The notes under the pieces: generated by a model
Told to the model about the DNA's origin: nothing
The model's input: the letters and a program-made list of their open reading frames with translations, nothing else
The model's database searches: none
Source of the DNA: Planctopirus limnophila DSM 3776
GTDB taxonomy: Bacteria > Planctomycetota > Planctomycetia > Planctomycetales > Planctomycetaceae
Direction of reading: 5' to 3'
Assembly (NCBI RefSeq): GCF_000092105.1
Contig: NC_014148.1
Coordinates: 510,001 to 542,000, forward strand
Length of the DNA: 32,000 bases
Shown here: positions 1-8,759 of the stretch, piece after piece
Numbering within the stretch: position 1 is the first letter of the stretch
Layout: the number at the start of each line of letters is the position of its first letter
Position numbers and translations under genes: made by a program

Positions 1-422
1 GTATAGGCAAAGTCAAACTGTGGCCAGAACTGACGGATAATGGCTTTGGACTCGCGAATCTCTTGAGCCGTGTACAAATTCGGTGCCACCCCACCATCCG
101 CCGGAGTGGCCCAGAGTGTCGCTGTTTGTGGAATGACAATGCGGCTGGGGGGATGGATTCCATACTCTTTCTCAAAGGCGACACAGGCCGATTCGATTGC
201 ACTGATTTCTGTACGCACCTGAGCAATGGTTGCTCTGCGGCGGGCGCCGTTAATGGCAGGCAAGAGGAGAGCGATCAGTATCGAGATCACCACAATGACA
301 GCCAGCAATTCAATCAGCGTGAAGCCCGCACGAGGCCCGGAGGAGCCACCGTCTGACTGTGTACTGGAATCGCATCCGCGCCCGGCAAAACGAAGGCTGT
401 AGGGGTTGGTTTTCAGGAACAT
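1..422 (-). CDS. Prepilin-type N-terminal cleavage/methylation domain protein (type IV pilin / GspG-like pseudopilin). The 3' end runs off the window.
   Basis: Absent from the ORF track because the window edge truncates it. Minus-strand ATG at 422-420 is preceded by GGAG with a 6-nt spacer. Translation: MFLKTNPYSLRFAGRGCDSSTQSDGGSSGPRAG/FTLIELLAVIVVISILIALLLPAINGARRRATIAQVRTEISAIESACVAFEKEYG... This is the canonical G/FTLIE prepilin-peptidase site followed by a hydrophobic helix. The frame stays open to position 1. Confidence 0.85.
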   Translation of the reverse strand, partial: MFLKTNPYSLRFAGRGCDSSTQSDGGSSGPRAGFTLIELLAVIVVISILIALLLPAINGARRRATIAQVRTEISAIESACVAFEKEYGIHPPSRIVIPQTATLWATPADGGVAPNLYTAQEIRESKAIIRQFWPQFDFAY

Positions 423-625
423 GATGAACTCCAGTCGCAGCGATGATAGCCGGTGGTCGATGGATGAATTTCTTGGGTTACAAACAATTCGTTCAAGGCG
501 AAGATCGCAAAGGGCTGTTCAGACACTGGAAACACCTCGCCCCTGAAATCAGAGATTTCTCTGATGAATCGAGGCTGGCGACATGCTTCCGTGTCAGTTT
601 CCACCCAGTGCAGTTTCAACCGGGA

Positions 626-1885
626 TCAGGACAGGTCGTTCAGCAACTGAATCAGAGGCATGAAGAGGGCAATCACAATGAAGCCCACAATCAAGCCCAG
701 CACCACGACCATGAGTGGTTCGAGCATGTTGATCAGACCTTCGACCAGCACGCCCACTTCTTCGTCGTAGACATCGGCGACTTTATAGAGCATGTTGTCG
801 AGTGCTCCCGTTTCTTCACCGACGTCGACCATATTGACGACGATCTCGTCGTAAATTTTTGTTTCTCGGAGAGGAACAGCCATCGATTCCCCTTCGCGAA
901 TAGCCGCATTGACGTGCTCGAAAGCCTTCACGAACACGGCGTTTCCAGCGGTATCACGGGTAATCGACAATGCTTCCAGAATCGGTACACCTGAGGCCAC
1001 GAGTGTTCCCAGCGTGCGGCACGTTCTCGCGATAATCGACTTTTTCAAGATCAGCCCCAGCATGGGAATGCGGAGTGAAATCCAGTCGACAACAAAGGCC
1101 CCGGTTTTGTTCTTTTTGATAATCTTGATCAGCAGCCAGATCGAAATCGGAATGACGGGCCCCAGGTACCAGTAGTTCACGACCGCACTACTGGTGCCGA
1201 TCAAGACTTCCGTCATCATGGGCAGTTTCGTACCGAAGTCGTCGAAGATCTTTTTGAACTTCGGGATAATCCAGTACATAATGAAGCCCACGATCAACGT
1301 GGCCACAGTGATCACCGCTGCCGGGTAGATCATGGCGCCTTGAACTTTACGCTTCAGGCTTTGCTGCCGTTCTTTGAATTCTGCGAGTCGCTGGAGAATC
1401 ACTTCCAACGCACCGCCTGCTTCACCGGCCCTCACCATGTTCACGTAGAGATTATCAAAAGCTTTGGGCTGCTTACCCATGGCTTCCGATAGAGTGCTAC
1501 CGGATTCAATATCTTCGATGACGCCCATCAAGGAGTTCTTAAGGGCACCAGGCTTGGCCTGCACTTCCAGAATTCGCAGACTTCGAAGAATGGGTAGACC
1601 AGCATCCTGAAGTGTCGACAATTGCCGTGTAAAGGTGCAAAGCTGCTTGGCACCTACCCCACCAATCGTGAACGTTCCCTTCTTGCGGGCGTTGGGTTTC
1701 TTCTTCCCATCCTTGGCTGGGCTTGTGTCTTTTTTCTTCTTGGTGCGACCTTTTTCAGAGATCTTGGTGACATAGAAGCCACGCTCGCGGATCTTCGATT
1801 GAGCCTCCTGTTCGGTGGCGGCTTCAATCGTATCCTTGACTTCCATGCCCTTGTTGTCCATCGCTTCGTACATGAAGGTGGGCAT
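626..1885 (-). CDS. pilC: Type IV pilus platform protein PilC (GspF family)
   Basis: 419-aa ORF with two GspF-type repeats (LSTLQDAGLPILRSL... and LGTLVASGVPILEAL...), three TM segments and the typical C-terminus LFMPLIQLLNDL. AAGGAA Shine-Dalgarno upstream. Sits between pilB and the pilin gene. Confidence 0.94.
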   Translation of the reverse strand: MPTFMYEAMDNKGMEVKDTIEAATEQEAQSKIRERGFYVTKISEKGRTKKKKDTSPAKDGKKKPNARKKGTFTIGGVGAKQLCTFTRQLSTLQDAGLPILRSLRILEVQAKPGALKNSLMGVIEDIESGSTLSEAMGKQPKAFDNLYVNMVRAGEAGGALEVILQRLAEFKERQQSLKRKVQGAMIYPAAVITVATLIVGFIMYWIIPKFKKIFDDFGTKLPMMTEVLIGTSSAVVNYWYLGPVIPISIWLLIKIIKKNKTGAFVVDWISLRIPMLGLILKKSIIARTCRTLGTLVASGVPILEALSITRDTAGNAVFVKAFEHVNAAIREGESMAVPLRETKIYDEIVVNMVDVGEETGALDNMLYKVADVYDEEVGVLVEGLINMLEPLMVVVLGLIVGFIVIALFMPLIQLLNDLS

Positions 1886-2037
1886 TATCAGTTCCTTATC
1901 TGAAAAAGATGCAGAAGTAGTAGACTCTCAAGACTCAAGCAAACATGTTTCAATCGATCGATTGATCGTGAAGTGTCCAGAACGTCATCAAATCCCGTCG
2001 AGGGAATCATGAAAAACCAGCGAAGAGCCCATGATCT

Positions 2038-3771
2038 TTAGCCTTCGCCATCTTCCGTAATTGTTTCCCTCACAATTTCATCAATCGTGGTCACACCGTC
2101 AAAAATCAGCTTCAATCCGGCCTCTCGCAAAGTGGTCATCCCCTGCGAGCGGGCAAAATTACGGATGTCGTCCACAGAAGCACTCGCGGCAATCAGATCG
2201 CGAATATCGTCTGTGACATCCAGCAGTTCGTAAATTCCGCAACGGCCTTTATAGCCAGAGTTGTTACAACGCTGGCAACCTTTGCCGTAGTAGAAATTAT
2301 ATTTACGAGCCTGCTGAATCGGCAGTTGCAACTCCATCAGCAATTCATCACTGGGATCAAACTTCGTGCGGCATTCTGTACAGATTCGTCGCACCAGCCG
2401 CTGAGCCAGTACTGCTTCAACACAAGCCGTAATCAGGAAGGGTGGGACACCCATATCCCGCAATCGAGTAATCGCCGATGGGGCATCGTTGGTATGCAGC
2501 GTACTGAAGACCAGGTGCCCCGTAAGTGCGGATTGAACTGAAACTTCAGCCGTTTCGTAGTCGCGAATCTCACCCACCAGAATCGTGTCAGGATCGTGAC
2601 GCAAAATCGCTCGCAGCACCGTCGCGAAAGTCACCCCGATATCATGGTTCACAGGCACCTGCAGCAGGCCCTCGATTTCGTATTCAATCGGGTCTTCTGT
2701 CGTAATGATCTTGGTTTCAACGTCATTGAGTTCATTTAAAGCCGAATACAGCGTGGTCGTCTTGCCAGAACCTGTCGGTCCCGTCACCAGCACAATGCCG
2801 TTCGGCCGCTTGATCATGCTGCGAAAGCGTGTCAGCGTATTGGCGTCCATCCCGATTTTATTCAGATCGAGCTGCACGACCGTTCGGTCCAGCACTCGCA
2901 TAACGACCGCTTCGCCAAACAGTGTGGGCAGAATACTGACTCGCAAGTCCACACTGTTCCCACCCACGTTCAGCTCAATTCGACCGTCCTGGGGGAGCCG
3001 ACGTTCAGCAATATCCAGATCACTCATAATCTTGATACGACTGACAATGGCATTCGCCAGGTGACGAGGGGGTGGCACCATTTCATAGAGCATCCCGTCC
3101 GCTTTCACACGCACCTTGAACTCGTCTTCAAACGGTTCAAAGTGAATGTCGCTGGCCTGATCCTTAATGGCCAGCAGCAGAATCATGTTCAGCAGCTTAC
3201 GAATCGGTGCGGCATCAGCCAGCTCGGCTTCATCGAGATTATATTCACGGCTATTCTGGCCGCCGGTCCCTCCATAAGATTCCTCCATCGAGGTAATCAG
3301 ATCTTCAATACTATCCTGCTTGTCGGCGTAGTAACGGGCAATAGCCGCTTCGACATCCTTCAAGTTCGAAATCGCACCGCGGACTTCGGCTCCCAGAAAA
3401 TTCCTCAAATCATCCAGGGCCGCCACATTCTGCGGGTCAGCCATGGCGACTGTCAGCACATTATCCTTCAGAGAAATGGGCATGATCTTGTAAAGTTCAG
3501 CCATCGTCTGGGGCACCATTTCAATGGCGCGGGGTGGGATTGTTGTTTCTCCCAGATTGACGACTGGCATCCCCCATTGTTCCGCCAGAGCTTCTGTGAC
3601 CTGTGCTTCGGTCACCAGACCCATGCGGATCGCTACCTGGCCGATGATCTCCCCCGGACTGCGCTTCTGCTCCTCCAGCACATCCCAGAGTTGATCCTCT
3701 GAAATGTACCCCAGGTCGACCAGAATCTGTCCGAGTTTACGCTGTGCCATACGTCCAACTTTATCTAACAA
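2038..3771 (-). CDS. pilB: Type IV pilus assembly ATPase PilB (GspE family) with N-terminal MshEN-like domain
   Basis: 577 aa. Walker A GPTGSGKTTT, Asp box/Walker B ILVGEIRD, His box [13 protein letters not shown], tetracysteine CTEC...CQRC. N-terminus KLGQILVDLGYISEDQLWDVLEEQ resembles the MshEN motif. The true start may be the internal Met at MAQRKLG. Confidence 0.93.
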   Translation of the reverse strand: MLDKVGRMAQRKLGQILVDLGYISEDQLWDVLEEQKRSPGEIIGQVAIRMGLVTEAQVTEALAEQWGMPVVNLGETTIPPRAIEMVPQTMAELYKIMPISLKDNVLTVAMADPQNVAALDDLRNFLGAEVRGAISNLKDVEAAIARYYADKQDSIEDLITSMEESYGGTGGQNSREYNLDEAELADAAPIRKLLNMILLLAIKDQASDIHFEPFEDEFKVRVKADGMLYEMVPPPRHLANAIVSRIKIMSDLDIAERRLPQDGRIELNVGGNSVDLRVSILPTLFGEAVVMRVLDRTVVQLDLNKIGMDANTLTRFRSMIKRPNGIVLVTGPTGSGKTTTLYSALNELNDVETKIITTEDPIEYEIEGLLQVPVNHDIGVTFATVLRAILRHDPDTILVGEIRDYETAEVSVQSALTGHLVFSTLHTNDAPSAITRLRDMGVPPFLITACVEAVLAQRLVRRICTECRTKFDPSDELLMELQLPIQQARKYNFYYGKGCQRCNNSGYKGRCGIYELLDVTDDIRDLIAASASVDDIRNFARSQGMTTLREAGLKLIFDGVTTIDEIVRETITEDGEG

Positions 3772-3911
3772 CGGGCTAACAATTCTGTTTGCCGTCGATA
3801 CGAATACTCAAACTGAAACCAGTACTCAGCACCCACTCAAACATCGCTTCAATCCGATGTGCAGAAGGTGGGGCGTTCCTTTAAGGCGAGATCGATCTAC
3901 TGCCACGAAGA

Positions 3912-5033
3912 TTATTCCTCGTCCTCTTCGTCTTCAGGTTCATCATCCAGCAATCCCTTCTTGGCCCGGGCAATACGGGCTTTCAATTCGCCAGGCTGAT
4001 TGGATCGAACCACCACGTCATCTTCTTCGCAGATCTGGTTTTTCCACAGATTGAAGAGCGCATCGTCCAGAAGCTGCATCCCGAACTTGCGGCCTGTCTG
4101 AATGGCCGAGTTAATTCGGTAAGTCTTTGCTTCACGAATCAGGTTCGCGATCGCAGGCGTCACCACGAGAAGTTCATAAGCTGCCACCACACCCTTGGGT
4201 TTTCGCGGCAACAGCGCTTGTGAAAGAATCCCGATAATCGAAGTCGAGAGCTGGGTTCGAATCTGCTCCTGCTGGTTGGTCGGAAACACGTCGATAATTC
4301 GATCCACAGTTCCCTGAGCACCGGTAGTGTGCAAAGTTCCAAAAACCACGTGGCCTGTTTCGGCTGCGGTAATCGCAGACGAAATCGTCGCCAGGTCACG
4401 CATTTCCCCCACGAGAATAATGTCCGGATCCATACGCAGCGCACGTCGGAGTGCTTCTGGAAAATCAGGTACATCCACACCGACTTCCCGCTGATTGATC
4501 GTCGCCTTTTTATGCTGATGGTAATACTCGATCGGATCTTCCAGTGTGATGATGTGCGCATCATCATTGTCATTCAGGTAGTTGATCATACTGGCCAGAG
4601 AGGTGGTTTTGCCCGAACCGGTCGGCCCGGTCACCAGAAACAAACCTCGCGGCCTGCGGATCAGATCTCGAATGATCGGGGGCAATCCGAGTTGTTCGAA
4701 CGAAAGAAACTCATTCGGAATACGCCGCAGCACCATCCCGATGTGGCCGCGCTGCTTGAACACAGCCACACGAAATCGAGCCTTATCACCAAACGCAAAT
4801 CCGAAGTCAGTTCCACCAACCTCCTGGAGCTCCTGCTGGTTACGCTCAGGCGTGATACTTTTCATGAGAGCGACTGTGTCTTCAGGCTCCAATGATTTGG
4901 TATCCAGCCGGACCATGTGACCACTGACACGTACCACGGGAGGCTGCCCAGTCGTGATGTGCAGGTCGCTGACACGCTCGCGAACCACTGTTTCCAACAG
5001 TTTGTCGATTTGCAGAAAAGCCATGGCACCCAA
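3912..5033 (-). CDS. pilT: Twitching-motility retraction ATPase PilT
   Basis: 373 aa. Walker A GPTGSGKTTS, HIITLEDPIEY, ILVGEMRD, GHVVFGTLHT and the PilT signature AIANLIRE (AIRNLIRE-type). Acidic C-terminal tail DDEPEDEEDEE. Confidence 0.94.
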   Translation of the reverse strand: MGAMAFLQIDKLLETVVRERVSDLHITTGQPPVVRVSGHMVRLDTKSLEPEDTVALMKSITPERNQQELQEVGGTDFGFAFGDKARFRVAVFKQRGHIGMVLRRIPNEFLSFEQLGLPPIIRDLIRRPRGLFLVTGPTGSGKTTSLASMINYLNDNDDAHIITLEDPIEYYHQHKKATINQREVGVDVPDFPEALRRALRMDPDIILVGEMRDLATISSAITAAETGHVVFGTLHTTGAQGTVDRIIDVFPTNQQEQIRTQLSTSIIGILSQALLPRKPKGVVAAYELLVVTPAIANLIREAKTYRINSAIQTGRKFGMQLLDDALFNLWKNQICEEDDVVVRSNQPGELKARIARAKKGLLDDEPEDEEDEE

Positions 5034-5700
5034 GTTTCTGTCGATAGTTCACAGATCAAGAAATCGCACACGGAGAAAATTACAGAGAACAGAGATCAAA
5101 TGCTGTTCAATTGTCTGATCAACCACACAAATTGGCAAAAACTCACTTATCCTTCTGCGAGCATTCGTCTTGCCAAAAACAGTGTCGAAGTTGAATAAGA
5201 ACTATGAGATCTCTCTGCCAGATTTCCGTGAATCCGTATCAGTTTTCGGTGAAGATCGAGTCAGAAGGAAAACAAGACGAAAGGAATGACGAAATGGTGT
5301 GTGAAAAGCGAAATGAAATGAATGACTGAGAGTGACCTGAGAACCAGATCAAAATTCGTTTGCGAAAAATCGGTCAAACACTGTGAGTATGAAAGAAAAC
5401 TGATCGATGGCCCGCTGAAGACATTATTCATCGCTTCCCGACGATCTCAAGCCATCGCATCAAAAGCTCCTCATTTTGCTTTCAAGTTCACGGCTAAGCA
5501 GCAACACGTCATCCGCCATCTGTTGCACTTCCTGATTTCCCGGCAAGCAAATTTGTTGAGCTCTCAATCTCTCACCTTGCCCAGGAAGATGTTGCAGAAC
5601 GAAGGGCTCTGCCGAAACCTGTGCTCACTTCTGCAACATTCAAGGTGATGCATAGAGCTGAAGTCAGCAGGCAAATCTTCAGCCGTCTCCCCTTCACCAT

Positions 5701-5729
5701 TGGCAATCAAGATTTCCTCTTGATTGCCA
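5701..5729. other. Perfect 11-bp stem / 7-nt loop hairpin in the pilT-gspE spacer
   Basis: TGGCAATCAAG (5701-5711) and CTTGATTGCCA (5719-5729) are exact reverse complements. No U-tract on either strand, so this is not a canonical terminator. Confidence 0.5.
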
Positions 5730-5808
5730 GGCCGCTTGGAGTGCTGTCGTACTACCCGTAAGCTGAGGCCGAGCTCAATAGATTGTATTGCACGCAGTGC
5801 GAAAGAAG

Positions 5809-5832
5809 TTCGGCGCTGCTTTCGGCGCCGAA
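5809..5832 (-). terminator. Hairpin immediately downstream of the second GspE gene (candidate intrinsic terminator)
   Basis: Perfect 8-bp GC-rich stem: TTCGGCGC (5809-5816) pairs with GCGCCGAA (5825-5832), 8-nt loop. Starts 15 nt after the stop at 5847. On the minus strand it is followed by ACUUCUUUC, which is only moderately U-rich. Confidence 0.45.
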
Positions 5833-5846
5833 AACCTAACTTCCGC

Positions 5847-7544
5847 CTAGTGTCCGCTCCCCTTGTCAAGCTTGTAAGCCTCAAGCAGCGTTGACTTTCC
5901 GATCAAGGCCTTGTCGACGGCATCTTCGACCAGCGTCTTCATGCCGAACAGTCGCGCCTGTCTCCGCAGTGACTGGGAAGGTTCCCCTTTAAATGTCATT
6001 TCACGCAATGTGGAGTTCATCATCATCAGCTCGAACACAGCGGCTCGACCTCGATAACCTGATTGCTGGCAGTGATTACAACCCTTGCCTCGCATAAAGT
6101 TCGCTCCTGCAACCTGTTCTGGTGTCAGGGCAAAGTGTGCAATTTCGCTGGGGTCGGGTGCATAAGGTTCTTTGCACTTCGGACAGACGGTACGCACCAG
6201 TCGCTGCGCCATAATGGCCACAATCGACGATGCCACCAGAAATGGCTCGACCCCCATGTCAATCAGACGTGTAATAGAACTGGGTGCGTCGTTCGTGTGA
6301 AGAGTACTGAAAACCAGGTGTCCAGTTAAAGAAGCCTGAATTGCCATCTGAGCGGTCTCGGCATCTCGAATTTCCCCCACCAGAATGATGTTCGGAGCTT
6401 GCCGCAACATCGCACGAATAATGCGTGCAAAGTTCAATCCAATGTCGGCCTTCACTTCGACCTGATTGATTCCGGGCAGGTAATACTCGACAGGGTCTTC
6501 AGCCGTGATGATCTTTTTGTCCGGCCGGTTCATTTCGCCCAGGGCACTGTACAAAGTGGTGGTCTTCCCGGAACCGGTGGGCCCTGTCACCAGGAAGATT
6601 CCGTTCGGACGTCGAATCGTGTTGTTGAACCTGCGGTAATTCTCGTCCGACAACCCCAGGCTGCGGATCCCCACTTTAATATTGTTGCGATCGAGGATTC
6701 GCATCACGATGGCCTGGCCAAAACCAGTGGGGAGAATGCTGACTCGCAGGTCAAAGTCCTGGCCGTTGATGCGGGTCTTGATGCGTCCGTCCTGGGGCCG
6801 CCGCTTCTCGGCAATATCCATATTTCCCATAATCTTGAAACGGGAAATCAGTGCCGAATGCAGCCGCTTGGGGGGGCTGTCTCGTTCGACCAGCACTCCG
6901 TCAATTCGGTAGCGAACACGCACCTTGTCTTCAAAAGGCTCAATATGAATGTCGGAGGCACGCATGTTCACGGCTTCACTGACAATCAGATTTGCCAGGC
7001 GGACAATCGGGGCATTCTCCTCCGCAGTCGTGGCAGCCGATGAAGGAATATCCGTCGCCGTAAAATCAATGGCTGTTTCGGTGAACTCCAGCAGAATCGA
7101 ATCGACAGATTCCGTTTCACTCTGGCCATAATGCCGATTGATGGCATTTTGAATCGATTCTTTCGAGGCCACTGCCAGATCGATATCACGGTTCAGCAGA
7201 AATCGGAGTTTATCAAGCACCTCATAGTTCATCGGGTCGCTGATCGCGATCTTCAGCCGGTCGTCGTCCATCGCCAGCGGGATCACGATGTTTTCGCGAG
7301 CAACCGATTCGGGAAGCAGCCCGATCACACCACTGGAGATCTCCATCCCGTCCAGACTGACATACTGGTAGCCGAAAGCGGCGGCCTGCCTCTGGCCCAA
7401 CTCGCTCGCTCCCACGTACCCCAGTTTAATGAGGGCGTCAGAAATCGAGATCCCCATACTGCGGCCGAGGTCCTCTGCTTCACCAAGCTGATCCTTACTG
7501 ATGAGACCATCCTTGATCAGTTTGCGAAGGTAATCATCCGCCAT
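5847..7544 (-). CDS. GspE/PilB-family secretion ATPase, second paralog
   Basis: 565 aa. [31 protein letters not shown], tetracysteine CPKC...CNHC. The N-terminal T2SSE_N-like region has a degenerate MshEN motif with no RLG. Confidence 0.9.
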   Translation of the reverse strand: MADDYLRKLIKDGLISKDQLGEAEDLGRSMGISISDALIKLGYVGASELGQRQAAAFGYQYVSLDGMEISSGVIGLLPESVARENIVIPLAMDDDRLKIAISDPMNYEVLDKLRFLLNRDIDLAVASKESIQNAINRHYGQSETESVDSILLEFTETAIDFTATDIPSSAATTAEENAPIVRLANLIVSEAVNMRASDIHIEPFEDKVRVRYRIDGVLVERDSPPKRLHSALISRFKIMGNMDIAEKRRPQDGRIKTRINGQDFDLRVSILPTGFGQAIVMRILDRNNIKVGIRSLGLSDENYRRFNNTIRRPNGIFLVTGPTGSGKTTTLYSALGEMNRPDKKIITAEDPVEYYLPGINQVEVKADIGLNFARIIRAMLRQAPNIILVGEIRDAETAQMAIQASLTGHLVFSTLHTNDAPSSITRLIDMGVEPFLVASSIVAIMAQRLVRTVCPKCKEPYAPDPSEIAHFALTPEQVAGANFMRGKGCNHCQQSGYRGRAAVFELMMMNSTLREMTFKGEPSQSLRRQARLFGMKTLVEDAVDKALIGKSTLLEAYKLDKGSGH

Positions 7545-7834
7545 CGGTGGCTCCTGAGTTTTCTGAAGTCAATCGAGTTCAAAGATGCACAGAATATGCG
7601 TTCAATTCAGATAAATCGGCGGCTGTAAAATCGTCAGTTCATGACTGTCCCAACCACTCAGATGGCCGGCGGCAGCCCAGTGAAATGCTTGATCAGAAGG
7701 CAATATTGAAGCAGGCGACTACGGAGCCATTGGGCAACGATGTTGATCGAGCTGTGTTGATCGATCTGTATTGCCCAAATAGTCCCGATCATCACCTGTG
7801 ATTTGGCATGATATGAAATTTGAAAGGACAAGCT

Positions 7835-7868
7835 GAGAAACGCCACACAACAGGTTTCTCTCTTTTGC
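7835..7868 (+). terminator. Terminator-like hairpin with T-tract, plus-strand orientation
   Basis: GAGAAAC (7835-7841) pairs with GTTTCTC (7854-7860), 12-nt loop, followed by TCTTTTG. No annotated plus-strand gene lies upstream. The stem is short and the loop large. Confidence 0.3.
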
Positions 7869-8053
7869 GAATTGTGGGGTTGCTCAACAAGAGAAGTCAA
7901 GGACGCAAGTGCCCATCGATTCGATGGTTACACGCATTTCTCCGCATCCCCGCCCAATTGGCTTATCTCAACTGATTTTGGGTTCAGCTGACAAAGGGAC
8001 TTCCGGCCCTGGAGCCTGAGCAGTTCTCAGCCTTTCAACTCGACCGTCGAGTG

Positions 8054-8278
8054 CTATTCCGGAGCACCTTGCATATCCGAGGTCAGCGCGCGGTAACTCC
8101 CCTGGTTCGGAACAGACGCTTCGGATGGCGCACCCTGGGTTGATTCACTGTCGGCTGATTTCATCTCAGAGGAACCTGAAGATGACCTTAGCACCCGATT
8201 CATTGACCAGGTCATTGTCAGAATCACAATCGTCCACGCCGGAATCAGCATCGCCCACGCGGCCCATGTCATGGTCAC
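8054..8278 (-). CDS. Hypothetical small membrane protein (one N-terminal TM helix, S/E-rich tail)
   Basis: 74-aa ORF MTMTWAAWAMLIPAWTIVILTMTW... GAGGTG lies about 9 nt upstream of the ATG. No recognisable family. It sits in an otherwise ORF-poor gap. Confidence 0.25.
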   Translation of the reverse strand: MTMTWAAWAMLIPAWTIVILTMTWSMNRVLRSSSGSSEMKSADSESTQGAPSEASVPNQGSYRALTSDMQGAPE

Positions 8279-8759
8279 ACCACCTCAACGGAAAACCAGA
8301 TCAGCGAAAATTCAATCAGTCATTCAGCATCGTAGCTCTCACCAGTGACATTTGACACAGATTTCAGAATTTCACACCGCGTGAAGTGCCATGCCTGTGT
8401 TCTGTTCTCTCGAAATTCATCCCGAGGCAACGGCGATCACTTTCCTCAATGCGATCCTTCGAGACCGGAAAACATAGGCACGAAAACCCATCATGGTCTG
8501 GTCTGCATAACAGTCGAAGTCCAAAGAAGTCGCACACTGATCAGAATCATCGATCCACGACGCTTCAGCCCGACCTGAGATTCAGACCCGTTTTCGGGGC
8601 TTACAGCTAAGCGACAATTCCCTCCTCGATCAAAAATTCAGGAAAATGAGTCGCCGAAGGGTACTTTTCGTCATCTGCAGAAATTCTCATGCGTATTCCT
8701 TTCTGGTGGTTGCTTGAGAAGCTTTTGTCATCCAACATTTTTGGCAGGAGTGTCCATCG

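Noticed and set aside
63-356. 97-aa plus-strand ORF at the left edge
   Set aside because: It is the antisense shadow of the prepilin gene (1-422, minus strand), which has an unmistakable G/FTLIE signature and a Shine-Dalgarno. The plus-strand product has no recognisable features.
423-625. Looked for a sigma54 (TGGCAC-N5-TTGCA) promoter or a c-di-GMP riboswitch upstream of the pilin gene
   Set aside because: No GG/GC pair with correct 12-nt phasing occurs on the coding strand, and I could not recognise any GEMM-like conserved segments. The 68-aa ORF 413-619 in this spacer also lacks any supporting feature.
3061-3702. Long antisense ORFs inside the ATPase, platform and other well-supported genes. 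Examples: 443-994, 2705-3064, 3061-3702, 4329-4895, 6399-7043, 7131-7628, 15399-15923, 16409-16822, 19049-19588, 20917-21489, 23830-24303, 25719-26165, 30999-31733.
   Set aside because: Each lies opposite, or out of frame with, a gene carrying strong family motifs. Their translations are Arg/His/Ser-biased with no motifs, as expected for shadow ORFs in moderately GC-rich DNA.
7996-8030. GGGCCGGAAGUCCC GNRA-type hairpin (minus strand), reminiscent of SRP RNA domain IV or the RNase P GGAAAGUCC motif
   Set aside because: The surrounding sequence lacks the conserved SRP GGAAGCAGCC segment and the RNase P GAGGAAAGUCCGGGC core. It is more likely a weak hairpin downstream of the small ORF.
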